From an uncultured Bdellovibrio sp. (lineage in GTDB: Bacteria > Bdellovibrionota > Bdellovibrionia > Bdellovibrionales > Bdellovibrionaceae): a DNA stretch of 64,000 nt. Below, piece by piece: positions 39,915-50,653 of the stretch (position 1 is the first letter of the stretch; every line of letters starts with the position of its first letter). A model generated the notes under the pieces. That model had not been told where the DNA came from, ran no database searches, and worked only from the letters and a program-made list of their open reading frames with translations. Location of the stretch: assembly GCA_963932905.1 (NCBI GenBank), contig CAWVRN010000025.1:1-64000 (forward strand), written 5' to 3'. The position numbers and the translations under genes were made by a program.

Positions 39915-41102
39915 CTATTTTTTACCTTGAGTCGTCACTAGAGTTAAGAAATCTCTTAATGATATCGCTTTAGAGAACAAGAAACCTTGTCCTTGCTCAA
40001 CGCCCAAAGCTTTAAGCAGTGATTTTTCTTCTTCGCGTTCAATACCCTCCGCAATAACTTTCATGCGGAGAGACTGCGCTAGGTAAATTAGCGATTTTAC
40101 GATCGCTAATGCTTTGTCATCGCGAAGCATATCGCGAACAAATGATCTGTCGATTTTGATATTATCCAAAGGCATTCTAAATAAATATTGTAAGCTGGAA
40201 AAGCCAGTTCCGAAATCGTCGATAGATAGGCCATATCCAATATCGTGGAACCGTTTCAGTGTATCTAGAGCCAAGGTGCCGTCCATCATCACTCGTTCCG
40301 TCATTTCAAGTTTTATGGTGTTAGCATCAAGGCCTTGAGTTGTTCGCATTTTTTCAACGTCTTCGATGAAGTTTGGCTGGCTAAACTGTTTTCCGGAAAT
40401 GTTGATAGACAGAGAGAATTTTTTGTCGCCTTTCTTTTCTTGAATACTTTTTAAATCTTTAAAGCATTCTTCTAAAATCCAACGTCCAAATGGAATCATG
40501 AATGACGAACTTTCAATAACATCCATGAAAATAGCAGGGGAGATCTGTTCACCAGTTTGAGGAAACCAACGAATCAAAGCTTCGGCGCCGACGATTTTGT
40601 CACGTGATAGGTCTAAAATAGGCTGGTAATACATAACAAATTCACGATTATTAAAGGCATCTTTCAGTCGTGATTCCAGTTTGATTTTTTGAACGGCTTC
40701 AATATCTTCCTGTTGAACTACCTGTGTGCTAAAAAATTCTTTCTTGGGTTCGCGAGTGATAAGGTCATTTTGCGAGCGTAGACGTTTTAGTAAAACGCGC
40801 AAAAGTAGTCGCACGACCGTGTCGGTGGCATGCACGCGCTCCATTAACATGTCTTTAGTAACAGGAATCAATTCGCAGTCATCAAGTGTCTTGGCTGATG
40901 CTGAGCGGACTTGATTGTCCAGAATAGCCATTTCACCGAAAATTTCACCTTCACCCAAAACGCTTAAAGGAAAATCCTCTTTGTCTTTAGTCAGATAGAT
41001 TAATACGCGGCCTCTTTCGATAATAAATGCAGATTCGCCCATTTCTCCTTGAAGAAATAGGACGGTGTCCTTGGGGTACTTAACAATAGCAGTTGACGAC
41101 AT
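39915..41102 (-). CDS. cNMP-binding + EAL c-di-GMP phosphodiesterase
   Basis: GEIFGEMAILD..RSASA; YYQPI, EALIRW, IDDFGTGFSSL, KIDRSF, AEGIE, QGFLFS. Likely start 41102. Confidence 0.92.
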   Translation of the reverse strand: MSSTAIVKYPKDTVLFLQGEMGESAFIIERGRVLIYLTKDKEDFPLSVLGEGEIFGEMAILDNQVRSASAKTLDDCELIPVTKDMLMERVHATDTVVRLLLRVLLKRLRSQNDLITREPKKEFFSTQVVQQEDIEAVQKIKLESRLKDAFNNREFVMYYQPILDLSRDKIVGAEALIRWFPQTGEQISPAIFMDVIESSSFMIPFGRWILEECFKDLKSIQEKKGDKKFSLSINISGKQFSQPNFIEDVEKMRTTQGLDANTIKLEMTERVMMDGTLALDTLKRFHDIGYGLSIDDFGTGFSSLQYLFRMPLDNIKIDRSFVRDMLRDDKALAIVKSLIYLAQSLRMKVIAEGIEREEEKSLLKALGVEQGQGFLFSKAISLRDFLTLVTTQGKK

Positions 41103-41228
41103 AGGACAAGAATACGGTATCCCTTTAATTTTAATCAATATCGTGCGTGAAAACTGGCCTTTAACGCGCCTCGACCAAGGTAGAAGTTGGTGGTGGACCG
41201 AAAGACTCATTTTTCATAGAAAGACTAA

Positions 41229-43829
41229 ATGATTAAATCTACTGAACGTGCCGGATCTGAAAAGCCCGATAAAAAAACCACCCCACTGATGAAGCAATAC
41301 TGGGAAGTTAAGAATCAACACCACGATAAGATTGTGTTTTTTCGAATGGGTGATTTTTACGAGTTGTTTTATTCCGACGCACAGACGGCGGCACCTTTTT
41401 TAGGAATTGCGCTGACATCGCGAAATAAAAAAGATGCCGATTCGCCGCCCATGTGTGGGTTTCCTCACCATTCTGTTGCAGGTGCCGTGAACAAATTACT
41501 AAATCATGGATTTAAGGTCGCACTGTGTGATCAAGTTGAAGATCCTAAGTTGGCCAAAGGTATCGTCAAACGAGAAGTGACTAAGATTCTAACGCCGGGT
41601 ATGGTGTTTGATTTCGATTTGCTGGAATCGTACCAGTCTCATTACATAATGGCGTTTGATGCCTATCGAGTATCGTTCGTTGAAACTTCCACTTTTGAAA
41701 ACTTCAGTATCCCTTGGAAAGATTGGCCAGAATTTGAGAAAATCATCAATAGTTACGAGATATCTGAGTACGTGTGGCACGGTCAGAATGAGGTGTTTCC
41801 GTCGAAAGAAGTAAAAGAAGGTTTTCTGAGAAATCTAGGCAAACGTGGTATTGCGGTTTCTGAATTGCCGGCACCGGAAGCGATAGAATCTGAATTGGAC
41901 GCGAATCGAACTTTGATTGCTTATATCAAATACGTGAATCCTAATTGGAACGAAGAAAAAATAATTCAATTTCCAGAGCGTTTGCTGTTTTCAAAGATGA
42001 AGTTAAATACGCAAACGATTAAACAGCTTGAATTGTTTGATTCCTTCCGTGGACAAACCGAGACATCGTTGTTTGGTGTTTTGAATCAGTGTAAAACAGC
42101 GTTGGGTGCTAGAAAGCTACGTGACTGGATTCGTTTCCCTTTGACTCATTTGCCGGAAATTGAAGCTAGGCAAGATAGAGTTCAATTCTTCGCGGATAAA
42201 CTGCATATTAACAAAAAAGTCAGAGAGTTATTAGGTTCGGTATATGATATCCAGCGCAAGCTAGGAAAAGTATCACAGGCTCAATGTTCTATTTCTGATA
42301 TTCAGGGACTATCGGAATCGACGATCCACTGTTTTGAGTTAATGATGGTTTTAGAATCGTCGGGTTACTTTGAGCAAAAACCACAGGTTCTTGCGGGTCT
42401 GCAGACGTTAGAGAAAAACGTGCGTCCACTGTGTGAACATTTAGCTGATGTATTTGTTGAAAACCCGCCCGTAAATACCAAACAAGGTGGGTTGTTTAAG
42501 CGCGGTGTGTTTACTGATTTAGATGAATGGATCGATTTATCAACTAATGTCCAAAAACTAGTTCAGGATTTGGAAAGTGCTGAAAAACAAACGACAGGAA
42601 TTAGTTCGCTTAAAGTTCGTTACAATAATGTTTTTGGTTTTTATATCGAGGTAACAAATTCACATGTCGACAAAGTTCCGCCGCATTATAAACGCAAACA
42701 AACTCTGACGAATGCGGAACGTTTTTATACAGACGAATTGATGGAGCTAGAGAAAAAAGTTCTTCTAGCGCAATCACGTCGCGCCGAACTTGAAGTCGAG
42801 TATTTTGAAAAATGTAAGAAAAATATATTGGCATTAACCAGTGAGTTTTTGCAGATTTCAGAATTTGCTTCAGAGGTTGACGTTTATGCGGCCCTTTCGT
42901 GGGTAGCTATCGAAAATAATTACGTTCGCCCTCAAATGGCTAAAGTATCAGAAATGAATTTGGTTCATTGTCGCCATCCAGTTGTCGAGAAAAACATCAG
43001 TTCGCGATTTATTCCCAACTCTATTCAGATGAGTTCGGGACAAACTTGGGTTCTAACAGGTCCCAATATGGCGGGTAAGAGTACTTTGATGCGCCAAGTG
43101 GCTTTGATTCAAATCATGGCGCAAATCGGATCTTACGTGCCAGCGGAATCAGCAAAGTTGCCGGTGATGGATGCTGTGTATACCCGAATCGGCGCAAACG
43201 ATTCACTTTCGGAAGGCCTATCTACATTCATGGTTGAAATGAAGGAAACGGCCGAATTATTGGCGGAGGCAACATCGTCGTCGTTAATTTTGCTGGATGA
43301 AATCGGTCGTGGAACTGCCACATACGATGGTTTGAGTTTGGCGGAAGCGATCATTGAATACATTGTGCAAAAAATAAAAGGCTTTACGTTATTTGCCACT
43401 CACTATCACGAAATTACGGCGCTAGCTAAAACGTTTCCACAGTTGATTCGCAACGGTCATATGGAAATTCAGCAGGGCAAAGATAACGATATTGTATTTA
43501 GTTACGTATTTAAAGAAGGTTCTGTGGGTCGCAGTTACGGTATTCAAGTTGCCGAACTAGCTGGCTTACCCGATTCATTAATTCAACGAGCCAAGCAGTC
43601 GTTGGCATTAAAAGAATCCCAAAAAATGGGATCTAGAAAAGCTAAAGACGTTGAAAATCAGCTGAGTTTATTCGTCGAGGCTCGTAGCGAGGCAAGTGAA
43701 TTCGCAGATATCATAATTAGACTTAAGTCTTTGGATTTGAATTCGCTAAGCCCGATAGAATCACTATTGTTTTTGAGTAATCTTCAGAAGGATTTAAAAG
43801 CGAAAGAAGCTATAGGCTCACGAGGATAA
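41229..43829 (+). CDS. mutS: DNA mismatch repair protein MutS
   Basis: TPLMKQY, FRMGDFYELF, TGPNMAGKST, STFMVEM, DEIGRGT, ATHYHE. Confidence 0.98.
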   Translation: MIKSTERAGSEKPDKKTTPLMKQYWEVKNQHHDKIVFFRMGDFYELFYSDAQTAAPFLGIALTSRNKKDADSPPMCGFPHHSVAGAVNKLLNHGFKVALCDQVEDPKLAKGIVKREVTKILTPGMVFDFDLLESYQSHYIMAFDAYRVSFVETSTFENFSIPWKDWPEFEKIINSYEISEYVWHGQNEVFPSKEVKEGFLRNLGKRGIAVSELPAPEAIESELDANRTLIAYIKYVNPNWNEEKIIQFPERLLFSKMKLNTQTIKQLELFDSFRGQTETSLFGVLNQCKTALGARKLRDWIRFPLTHLPEIEARQDRVQFFADKLHINKKVRELLGSVYDIQRKLGKVSQAQCSISDIQGLSESTIHCFELMMVLESSGYFEQKPQVLAGLQTLEKNVRPLCEHLADVFVENPPVNTKQGGLFKRGVFTDLDEWIDLSTNVQKLVQDLESAEKQTTGISSLKVRYNNVFGFYIEVTNSHVDKVPPHYKRKQTLTNAERFYTDELMELEKKVLLAQSRRAELEVEYFEKCKKNILALTSEFLQISEFASEVDVYAALSWVAIENNYVRPQMAKVSEMNLVHCRHPVVEKNISSRFIPNSIQMSSGQTWVLTGPNMAGKSTLMRQVALIQIMAQIGSYVPAESAKLPVMDAVYTRIGANDSLSEGLSTFMVEMKETAELLAEATSSSLILLDEIGRGTATYDGLSLAEAIIEYIVQKIKGFTLFATHYHEITALAKTFPQLIRNGHMEIQQGKDNDIVFSYVFKEGSVGRSYGIQVAELAGLPDSLIQRAKQSLALKESQKMGSRKAKDVENQLSLFVEARSEASEFADIIIRLKSLDLNSLSPIESLLFLSNLQKDLKAKEAIGSRG

Positions 43830-43975
43830 GTGGGAAGATAGCTCGTTTATTTTGAAATGAAATATTTAATGGGCGCACGCGTTCTGCAATGGCTTATCTG
43901 CGCGACTACTTTGGCGTTGTGCTTTGACGATTACTTTTGGGGTCGCTCTAACGGCTGCCTAAAAGTAATAACTTA

Positions 43976-44167
43976 TTATTTCTTTTTGGTGTAATTGCTG
44001 GTGCGGCCCGTGTGTGAGCGCCAGTTGTGGTGTGGGTCGATCTTAGTACGTTGGTGCCAAGCTTCCCATTTTTTGCGAGGTAGATTGTGAGAAACGTTTC
44101 CTTTTTCATCAAAAATATCTGGATCTTTACCAAACAAGAAATCAAGTAATCCTTTAAACAATGACAT
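43976..44167 (-). CDS. Small hypothetical protein
   Basis: RBS gaggag; 63 aa. Confidence 0.6.
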   Translation of the reverse strand: MSLFKGLLDFLFGKDPDIFDEKGNVSHNLPRKKWEAWHQRTKIDPHHNWRSHTGRTSNYTKKK

Positions 44168-44223
44168 ATTCTCTCCTCTGAGTATTTATAGCATCGCTTA
44201 ATTTTGTCTTCAAAACATTTTTA

Positions 44224-44475
44224 TTAAGATCTTGGGTTAGCGCAGACGTCAATCAAGTCTATACCTTTTTGGTGGCTTGATTTTGCTTTAGATTTAAAGT
44301 GAGTGAAACAGCTTTTTGCGGCTTTAGTTAGGGCTGCGTAATAGTCAGGCGCTTCTTGGCTGATGGATAGTTTTTCTCCATCGAACGAATATTTAAAATC
44401 AAATTTCTGAGAGGCTAAAGTGACTTCACTTAAGATCACTAACAGAATAAGAGTTTTAATTTTACCAGCTAACAT
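44224..44475 (-). CDS. Small secreted hypothetical protein
   Basis: RBS aaggag, signal peptide, Cys pair. Confidence 0.65.
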   Translation of the reverse strand: MLAGKIKTLILLVILSEVTLASQKFDFKYSFDGEKLSISQEAPDYYAALTKAAKSCFTHFKSKAKSSHQKGIDLIDVCANPRS

Positions 44476-44700
44476 ATTTAGCTCCTTGGTTTTGGTTTCT
44501 GCTTTCTAAATATGCAAGCATAGTACCGACAAATCGATTTTGACAGTTGGTAAGTTATTGAAATTACTAACTAATATAATCTCATCGTGAGGCGATCAAA
44601 ATGAGTCGTTTAAGCCTAAACGGAATGACGAATTTGGCGGGCCATAGGTGGTCGATTTGCATTTTGAGATCAAGAAGTCTTGAGGTGAGAAACCTTGTTT

Positions 44701-44727
44701 TCAGTCGAACATTGAAGGGGCCGAATA
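44701..44727 (+). promoter_or_regulatory. Sigma28-like promoter
   Basis: TCAG-N15-GCCGAATA. Confidence 0.45.
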
Positions 44728-44746
44728 TTAAGAATATGGAGAATTT

Positions 44747-45232
44747 ATGAAATTAGCAAAATCGATGCAGAAAATTCTAGTTATAGATGACGAGCCTGAT
44801 ATTGGAGAACTGATCTGCGAAATTCTGATTCCTCATTTTGAAACTATTCATTACATTAGCGAAGCCGATAAGGTCGCAGAGCATTTAGATCAGGTAAATT
44901 ATGACTTGGTCTTGTCAGATATTAACATGCCTAAGCTGGATGGAACGGGTTTGGTGGCGCTTTTGCGTTCTAAAGGTCATTTGACATCGACTGTGTTTGT
45001 TTCGGGTAATATAACTCTGGAGAAAGCTTTAATGGCGCTGCGATTGGGCGTGGCAGATATTCTAGATAAACCGTTCACAGCAGATCAGTTGTTAGAAACA
45101 GTTCGCCACGTGATTGAAATTAAAAAACGCAGGCATCAGCTGTATGAGCTGCATCGTGATCCGGAACGCGCTCATGCTGAATCAAAAATGATCGGCTTGT
45201 TTCAAGCTAAACGCGCACGCAAGAGAGCCTAA
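44747..45232 (+). CDS. Response regulator (receiver domain plus short tail)
   Basis: ILVIDDE, SDINMPKLDG, LDKPF. Confidence 0.92.
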   Translation: MKLAKSMQKILVIDDEPDIGELICEILIPHFETIHYISEADKVAEHLDQVNYDLVLSDINMPKLDGTGLVALLRSKGHLTSTVFVSGNITLEKALMALRLGVADILDKPFTADQLLETVRHVIEIKKRRHQLYELHRDPERAHAESKMIGLFQAKRARKRA

Positions 45233-45274
45233 GTCCATTGACATTGGTGGTAGCTGTCGTTAGAACGGTGGTCG

Positions 45275-45730
45275 ATGACTGCAGCGCCCTTATCTTCTAT
45301 AGATATTAAACAAAATAAAATAATCGAAATGTTTCCTGATACTTTAGATTGGGAGCAAAAATACAAAAAGATTATCGAACTGGGGAAGGCGCTGCCGGAG
45401 CTTGCTGAACAACACAGACAAGAGAAAAATATTATCAAAGGCTGTCAATCGCAGGTATGGCTGGCGGCTGAACTAGACAAAGATAAAGGTGTGATTCATT
45501 TTCAAGGTGACTCGGATGCCTTGATTGTTAAGGGTCTAGTAGCGCTGTTGATTTCGGTGTATGACGGTGAAAAACCAAGTGATATTCTAAATTCGCAACT
45601 GTATTTTATCGAAAAGACAGGGCTTAAGAATCACCTAACTCCCTCTCGTACCAACGGTCTTACGTCGATGGTCCAGCAAATTAAAAACTACGCAATCGCG
45701 TTCCATTATTTATTAAATAAGGGAAACTAA
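45275..45730 (+). CDS. sufE: SufE-family sulfur acceptor
   Basis: IKGCQSQVW, DSDALIVKGL, LTPSRTNGL. Confidence 0.95.
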   Translation: MTAAPLSSIDIKQNKIIEMFPDTLDWEQKYKKIIELGKALPELAEQHRQEKNIIKGCQSQVWLAAELDKDKGVIHFQGDSDALIVKGLVALLISVYDGEKPSDILNSQLYFIEKTGLKNHLTPSRTNGLTSMVQQIKNYAIAFHYLLNKGN

Positions 45731-45901
45731 TAGGTCCAATTCTTTACGAATCCTTTGTTCTCAAGGTGTTTCCGCGTTTGAATAATAATGAATTCAATAA
45801 ATTTAAATAATTTCTCGGCTTTGTTTTTGTAGAAAACGAATAATTACTGAGTCAGTTTTTTTACTTTTTCTCACGGAAGAGAAAACCAATGGAGGGGATT
45901 T

Positions 45902-46795
45902 GTGAAAGGGATTTCAAAAGTTTTGCGAGTCGGTATCAAGTTCGCAGTAGCCGCATCATTCATCAGTGTTGGTGCACATGCATTTGATAAACGAACGAAA
46001 GTAGTTTACGGCAAAGATGATCGTTTGGATGTTTACCAAGTTTCTGACCCTGCATTGTTAGCGATGGCTGACTCAACGGCAGCGATGATTCCTAAAGCTA
46101 ATTTAAAGGCCAATGTGATTGCAAACGCGGTGCAAATTGCACAGAGTTCATTCGGTGCGGATTATGGACTATGTAAAGATGAACCGTTCTATAGCCAACC
46201 CAACGGAGCCATGTGTTCTGGAGTTCTTGTTGGTCCAGACTTGCTCGCAACGGCAGGGCACTGTGTTTCTGACTTTGATTGCTCATCTCAATCATTTGTA
46301 TTTAATTACAAAATGGGTGGCCCTGGTTTAAATCCGGTGGCTGCGGCAACAGATGACGTGTACGACTGTAAAAAAGTAGTGGCTCGTGAATTAACACGCA
46401 ATCAAGATTATGCATTGATTCAATTGGATCGCCCTGTTGTTGGTCATGCGATCGCAAAATTATCTGCGACGCCAGCTAAGCAAGGTGATTCTTTAATTTT
46501 GATTGGTCATCCTGCTGGTTTGCCTACTAAAATTGCTGGCGGCGCCAATGTAAGAAAAGATGAAACAGGCTACTTTGTGGCGAATACAGATAGCTACGGC
46601 GGTAACTCGGGTTCTGCGGTATTTAGCGCAGTGACTGGCGAAGTTGTCGGTCTTTTGGTTCGCGGTGAAGAGGATTTTAAATACGATACAGGTGGTCAAT
46701 GTACACGTTCTAATTACTGTGCTGATGGTGATTGTCGTGGTGAAGATATCACCCACATTGATTACATCATTAATGCTTTAAAAACTGTGCAATAA
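45902..46795 (+). CDS. Secreted trypsin-like serine protease
   Basis: CSGVLV, TAGHC, DYALI, DSYGGNSGS. Confidence 0.92.
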   Translation: MKGISKVLRVGIKFAVAASFISVGAHAFDKRTKVVYGKDDRLDVYQVSDPALLAMADSTAAMIPKANLKANVIANAVQIAQSSFGADYGLCKDEPFYSQPNGAMCSGVLVGPDLLATAGHCVSDFDCSSQSFVFNYKMGGPGLNPVAAATDDVYDCKKVVARELTRNQDYALIQLDRPVVGHAIAKLSATPAKQGDSLILIGHPAGLPTKIAGGANVRKDETGYFVANTDSYGGNSGSAVFSAVTGEVVGLLVRGEEDFKYDTGGQCTRSNYCADGDCRGEDITHIDYIINALKTVQ

Positions 46796-46819
46796 TATAG
46801 GTATAGACATTTGGCATTG

Positions 46820-46864
46820 AAACCCTAAAGGTGTCTCAAAAAGAGGCAAATTTAGGGTTTTTTT
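46820..46864 (+). terminator. Probable terminator hairpin
   Basis: aaaccctaaa ... tttagggttt followed by a T run. Confidence 0.6.
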
Positions 46865-46885
46865 ATTTTTGTAGATGACAATCAA

Positions 46886-47830
46886 ATGACACTAGAAGAT
46901 CTAGAGTTTGTTAGATTGAGTCAAATGGATCTTCATATTGTTCATATACCCAAACTTGGAATTAAAAACTCCTTAGGCCGTTCTCTGAATGTGTGCGGAC
47001 TGGGACCATTGGTATTTGAAACATGTTTGCGTCAGATTGCGCTTTTGGAGTCAGATTTATTTCTGAATACTTCAGAATATAAAAGCTTTGCGGCTGTTCA
47101 CCCGGGTCCGATCGAAATATTTAAAGGTGAGCGTGCTTATCAATTTATTTTAGAAGTCATTTGTGGCCTGCATTCATTGATTAAAGGCGAAACTGAAATC
47201 TTTGGGCAATTTAAAGAATTCTCTGTGCAAAATAAAACTGTAATTGAAAATTTGAATATGGCAGATGTATTCAAACAACTCTTAACTGATTGTAAAACTC
47301 TCAGGAGCACGCGCATTCAAAATTGGAGTCATAACACGTACGGCTCAGTGACTCGCAAACTTCTGACGGCTCAGGACGGAGTCGCGCTTTTAGGTGCCGG
47401 TCAGTTGGCGGAACAAATTGCGCCTTGGTTGAAGCAAGTTAAAAACAAGTCTGTATTGTTACGTCGCCCTAGAAATTTAGCGGCGCCTTTTGACAGTTTT
47501 CAGGTGGAATTGACTAACGAATTAAGTTCTTCAAAAGACATCACCGTCTTGGTTATAGCAGCTAATGTCACAAATACAGAGGTTGAATCTTTTGTCAGCT
47601 TCTGGCCCAACCTGAGAATGATTGTGGATTGGCGAGGTGATGAACAATGGATTCCTCAGAAGATGGAACAAGTATTTTTGTTACATGATCTTAAAGCCAA
47701 TGATGAAAAGTCGAAGGATGAGCAACAAAAACGCATCCAATTGGTCAGTGAAGATATTCAAATGAAGGCGCTTGAATTTAGCCGGAAAGCGAAACATAAT
47801 CCTTGGGGATGGGAAGACTTCTGCGCCTAG
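46886..47830 (+). CDS. hemA: Glutamyl-tRNA reductase, short divergent form
   Basis: ETCLR (catalytic Cys), GLHSLIKGETEIFGQ, LGAG; first gene of the heme operon. Confidence 0.8.
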   Translation: MTLEDLEFVRLSQMDLHIVHIPKLGIKNSLGRSLNVCGLGPLVFETCLRQIALLESDLFLNTSEYKSFAAVHPGPIEIFKGERAYQFILEVICGLHSLIKGETEIFGQFKEFSVQNKTVIENLNMADVFKQLLTDCKTLRSTRIQNWSHNTYGSVTRKLLTAQDGVALLGAGQLAEQIAPWLKQVKNKSVLLRRPRNLAAPFDSFQVELTNELSSSKDITVLVIAANVTNTEVESFVSFWPNLRMIVDWRGDEQWIPQKMEQVFLLHDLKANDEKSKDEQQKRIQLVSEDIQMKALEFSRKAKHNPWGWEDFCA

Positions 47831-47881
47831 ATTGGATCTAAATATTCGGGTATAGATAGTCGGGAGCCGGGGGAATCACCA

Positions 47882-49384
47882 ATGAAATCAACCATAAAAA
47901 TTTCGGCGCGCAAAAGTGATCTGGCGCGATTACAGGCCTATATGGTTGGTGATGCTATCAGAGCGCAATTTAAAAATACAAAAATCGAATATTCATTTCG
48001 TGAATCACTAGGTGATAAGAACTTAGAAAACCCGTTATGGAAAATGCCAGAGAAGGGCGTGTTTACTCAAGATTTCAAAGACGACTTGATTCAGAACCGA
48101 ACGGATATGGTTGTTCATTCATGGAAAGATATTCCGATTGAAGAAAATGCAAACACTTCCATTGCTGGAACCTTAAGTCGAGCGGACGAGCGTGATATTC
48201 TTCTTCTTAAAAAGAAGTTTTTACCGAACGGTATTGATAATCTTAAAATTTTTTCTTCATCACCACGTCGTGAATTTAACTTAAAACCGTTCTTTGCTTG
48301 GAGCCTGCCATTTAAACCGGCGACGATCGACTTTATTCCCGTGCGTGGAAATATTCAAACCCGTGTTTTAAAGACGATTGAATCAAATGAAGTCCACGGC
48401 ATCATCGTAGCTAAAGCGGCTTTAGATCGTTTGCTATCAGCAAAACGAAAAGAGTTTTTACCGACCCAGAAATTTCTTCGAAACGCTTTAAAGGAATTAG
48501 TTATTCAGATAATTCCTTTAAGTCAAAGTCCCACATCCGCGGCTCAAGGAAGCCTAGCTATTGAAATTAATTCTAGTAATATTCAGGTGAAAAAGATTTT
48601 AAAGAAAATTAGTGCGGAATCAGATTTTAAATTGGTGAATCAAGAACGCACTCAGTTCAAGCAATGGGGTGGTGGCTGCCACCAGAAAATGGGTGTTTCC
48701 TTTAAACGTCAAGGATCGCATGTTTTAAAATTTGAACGTGGTTTGGATCAAAAAGATAACTTTGTTTGGAATCAAGATATTATCGATTCTGGGTATCATG
48801 TAGTAGATAAAAAAATTCCAGCCGGAGCGATGGTTGAATTTCATAATTTACTTGAAAAAAAGATTTTAAATTTAAAGCCTTATAAATCTAAAAAAGCCGA
48901 TGCGATCATTGCTACCAAAGGCAATTTGTTAGCTGAGGGCAGCGTTCAGCCGCAGTACTTATGGACTAGCGGAGTGGAAACATGGAAACAATTGGCTGAA
49001 CAAGGTTACTGGGTGATGGGATCTTACGATTCTTTAGGTGAACATCAACGTCCTGAAATTGATATTTTGGCGGGCGTAAAACCCAAATGGAAAAAGTTAA
49101 CTCACAGTCAGGGGCATTCAAAAAAGTGGACCAAGACTTTAAAGATGTACCAAGTTAGCTATTCGGGATTTGAAAAATTAGCTGAATATCAGAGCAAAAC
49201 TCATTTCTATTGGAGTCATGGTGATTTGTTCTTATCTAGTTTGAAAAAGTTCCCGTGGCTTAAAAAGAAAACTCATATTTGCGGTCTAGGATCTACGTTA
49301 GATGTGATCGCAAAACATATTCCTAAGAAGAACATAATAACTGTCTACAATTACAAAGAATGGAAAAAGAAATGGATTCTGTAA
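47882..49384 (+). CDS. hemC: Hydroxymethylbilane synthase with a C-terminal HemD-like extension
   Basis: [37 protein letters not shown], plus about 200 extra aa. Confidence 0.9.
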   Translation: MKSTIKISARKSDLARLQAYMVGDAIRAQFKNTKIEYSFRESLGDKNLENPLWKMPEKGVFTQDFKDDLIQNRTDMVVHSWKDIPIEENANTSIAGTLSRADERDILLLKKKFLPNGIDNLKIFSSSPRREFNLKPFFAWSLPFKPATIDFIPVRGNIQTRVLKTIESNEVHGIIVAKAALDRLLSAKRKEFLPTQKFLRNALKELVIQIIPLSQSPTSAAQGSLAIEINSSNIQVKKILKKISAESDFKLVNQERTQFKQWGGGCHQKMGVSFKRQGSHVLKFERGLDQKDNFVWNQDIIDSGYHVVDKKIPAGAMVEFHNLLEKKILNLKPYKSKKADAIIATKGNLLAEGSVQPQYLWTSGVETWKQLAEQGYWVMGSYDSLGEHQRPEIDILAGVKPKWKKLTHSQGHSKKWTKTLKMYQVSYSGFEKLAEYQSKTHFYWSHGDLFLSSLKKFPWLKKKTHICGLGSTLDVIAKHIPKKNIITVYNYKEWKKKWIL

Positions 49385-50652
49385 AATCATCAAATGAACT
49401 ATTTGAACGCGCTAAAAAAGTGGCTCCGGGCGGAGTTCATTCACCGGTTCGTTCTTTCAAAGGTATGGATCGTTCACCCATATTTTTTGCCAAATCAGAA
49501 GGTCCCTATTTATGGAGCGTTGAAGGCACTAAATATATCGATTTCTGCCAAAGCTTTGGTCCGTTGATTTTGGGTCACAGAGATCCGGACGTGACCGAGA
49601 AGGTAAAGGAGCAAATTAATTCTGCATGGACATTCGGAGCGTGCGAACCCTATTCCTTGGAACTAGCAGAATGGATCACATCGAAAATCCCTAACGTTGA
49701 AAAATTAAGATTCGTATCCAGTGGAACAGAGGCTGTGATGTCGGCCATTCGTTTGGCGCGTGCCTATACTAAGCGTGACAAAATTTTAAAATTTGAAGGC
49801 TGTTACCATGGTCATTATGACGGTTTGTTGGTTAAAGCTGGCAGCGGACTTGCGGGTGAATCCGCAGCTTCAAGTGCCGGTATTAGCGCGGCGATGGCTA
49901 ACGAAACGTTGGTTGCGGATTTAGATAACGAAGAACAGTTGGAAGCGGTATTTAAGGTTCATGGTTCTGAAATCGCTGTGGTTGTCATCGAACCCTTGCC
50001 AGCGAACTATGGATTGTTGATCCAACGTAAAGAATTTATTTTAAAGATTCAAGAATTAGCAAAAAAACACGGTGCTTTGTTCATGGTCGATGAAGTGATA
50101 AGTGGTTTCCGCGTAAACTTAAAAGGAATGATTCAAGATTTAGGATTGTCGCCAGATTTAGTGTGTTACGGTAAAATCTTAGGTGGTGGTTTTCCGGTCG
50201 GTTGTTATGGTGGTCGCCGCGATATCATGGACTTTGTAGCGCCTTTGGGTCCTGTTTACCAAGCGGGGACACTATCAGCTAATCCAGTAGGTATGGTCGC
50301 TGGTCTAGCCACTCTTCAAAAGATGGACAAAAACAACGGATGGGCTAAGCTTAATAAAACGTCCGCTGAATTTTGTGCAAAACTAAAAACAGTTTTAAAT
50401 CAGCACTCGGACTTGGATCTATCTTCCTATTCATCGTTATTTTGGATTCACTCTAAAACGTCCACTCCGATTCGTGATTTAAATCATATTCCTAAAGGCC
50501 AAGGCGAAACATTTAAAAAATTGTTCTTAAAGCTGCTTGAAAGTGGCGTGTATTTGGCTCCGAATGCGTATGAAGTTGGATTCTTGTCTGTGGCGCATTC
50601 CGATTCAGTTTTAGAAGAAACATTGTCCAAAGTGAAAGGTGCTTTAATTTAG
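49360..50652 (+). CDS. hemL: Glutamate-1-semialdehyde aminomutase
   Basis: [43 protein letters not shown]. Start may be 49372. Confidence 0.97.
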   Translation: MEKEMDSVKSSNELFERAKKVAPGGVHSPVRSFKGMDRSPIFFAKSEGPYLWSVEGTKYIDFCQSFGPLILGHRDPDVTEKVKEQINSAWTFGACEPYSLELAEWITSKIPNVEKLRFVSSGTEAVMSAIRLARAYTKRDKILKFEGCYHGHYDGLLVKAGSGLAGESAASSAGISAAMANETLVADLDNEEQLEAVFKVHGSEIAVVVIEPLPANYGLLIQRKEFILKIQELAKKHGALFMVDEVISGFRVNLKGMIQDLGLSPDLVCYGKILGGGFPVGCYGGRRDIMDFVAPLGPVYQAGTLSANPVGMVAGLATLQKMDKNNGWAKLNKTSAEFCAKLKTVLNQHSDLDLSSYSSLFWIHSKTSTPIRDLNHIPKGQGETFKKLFLKLLESGVYLAPNAYEVGFLSVAHSDSVLEETLSKVKGALI

Positions 50653-50653
50653 A

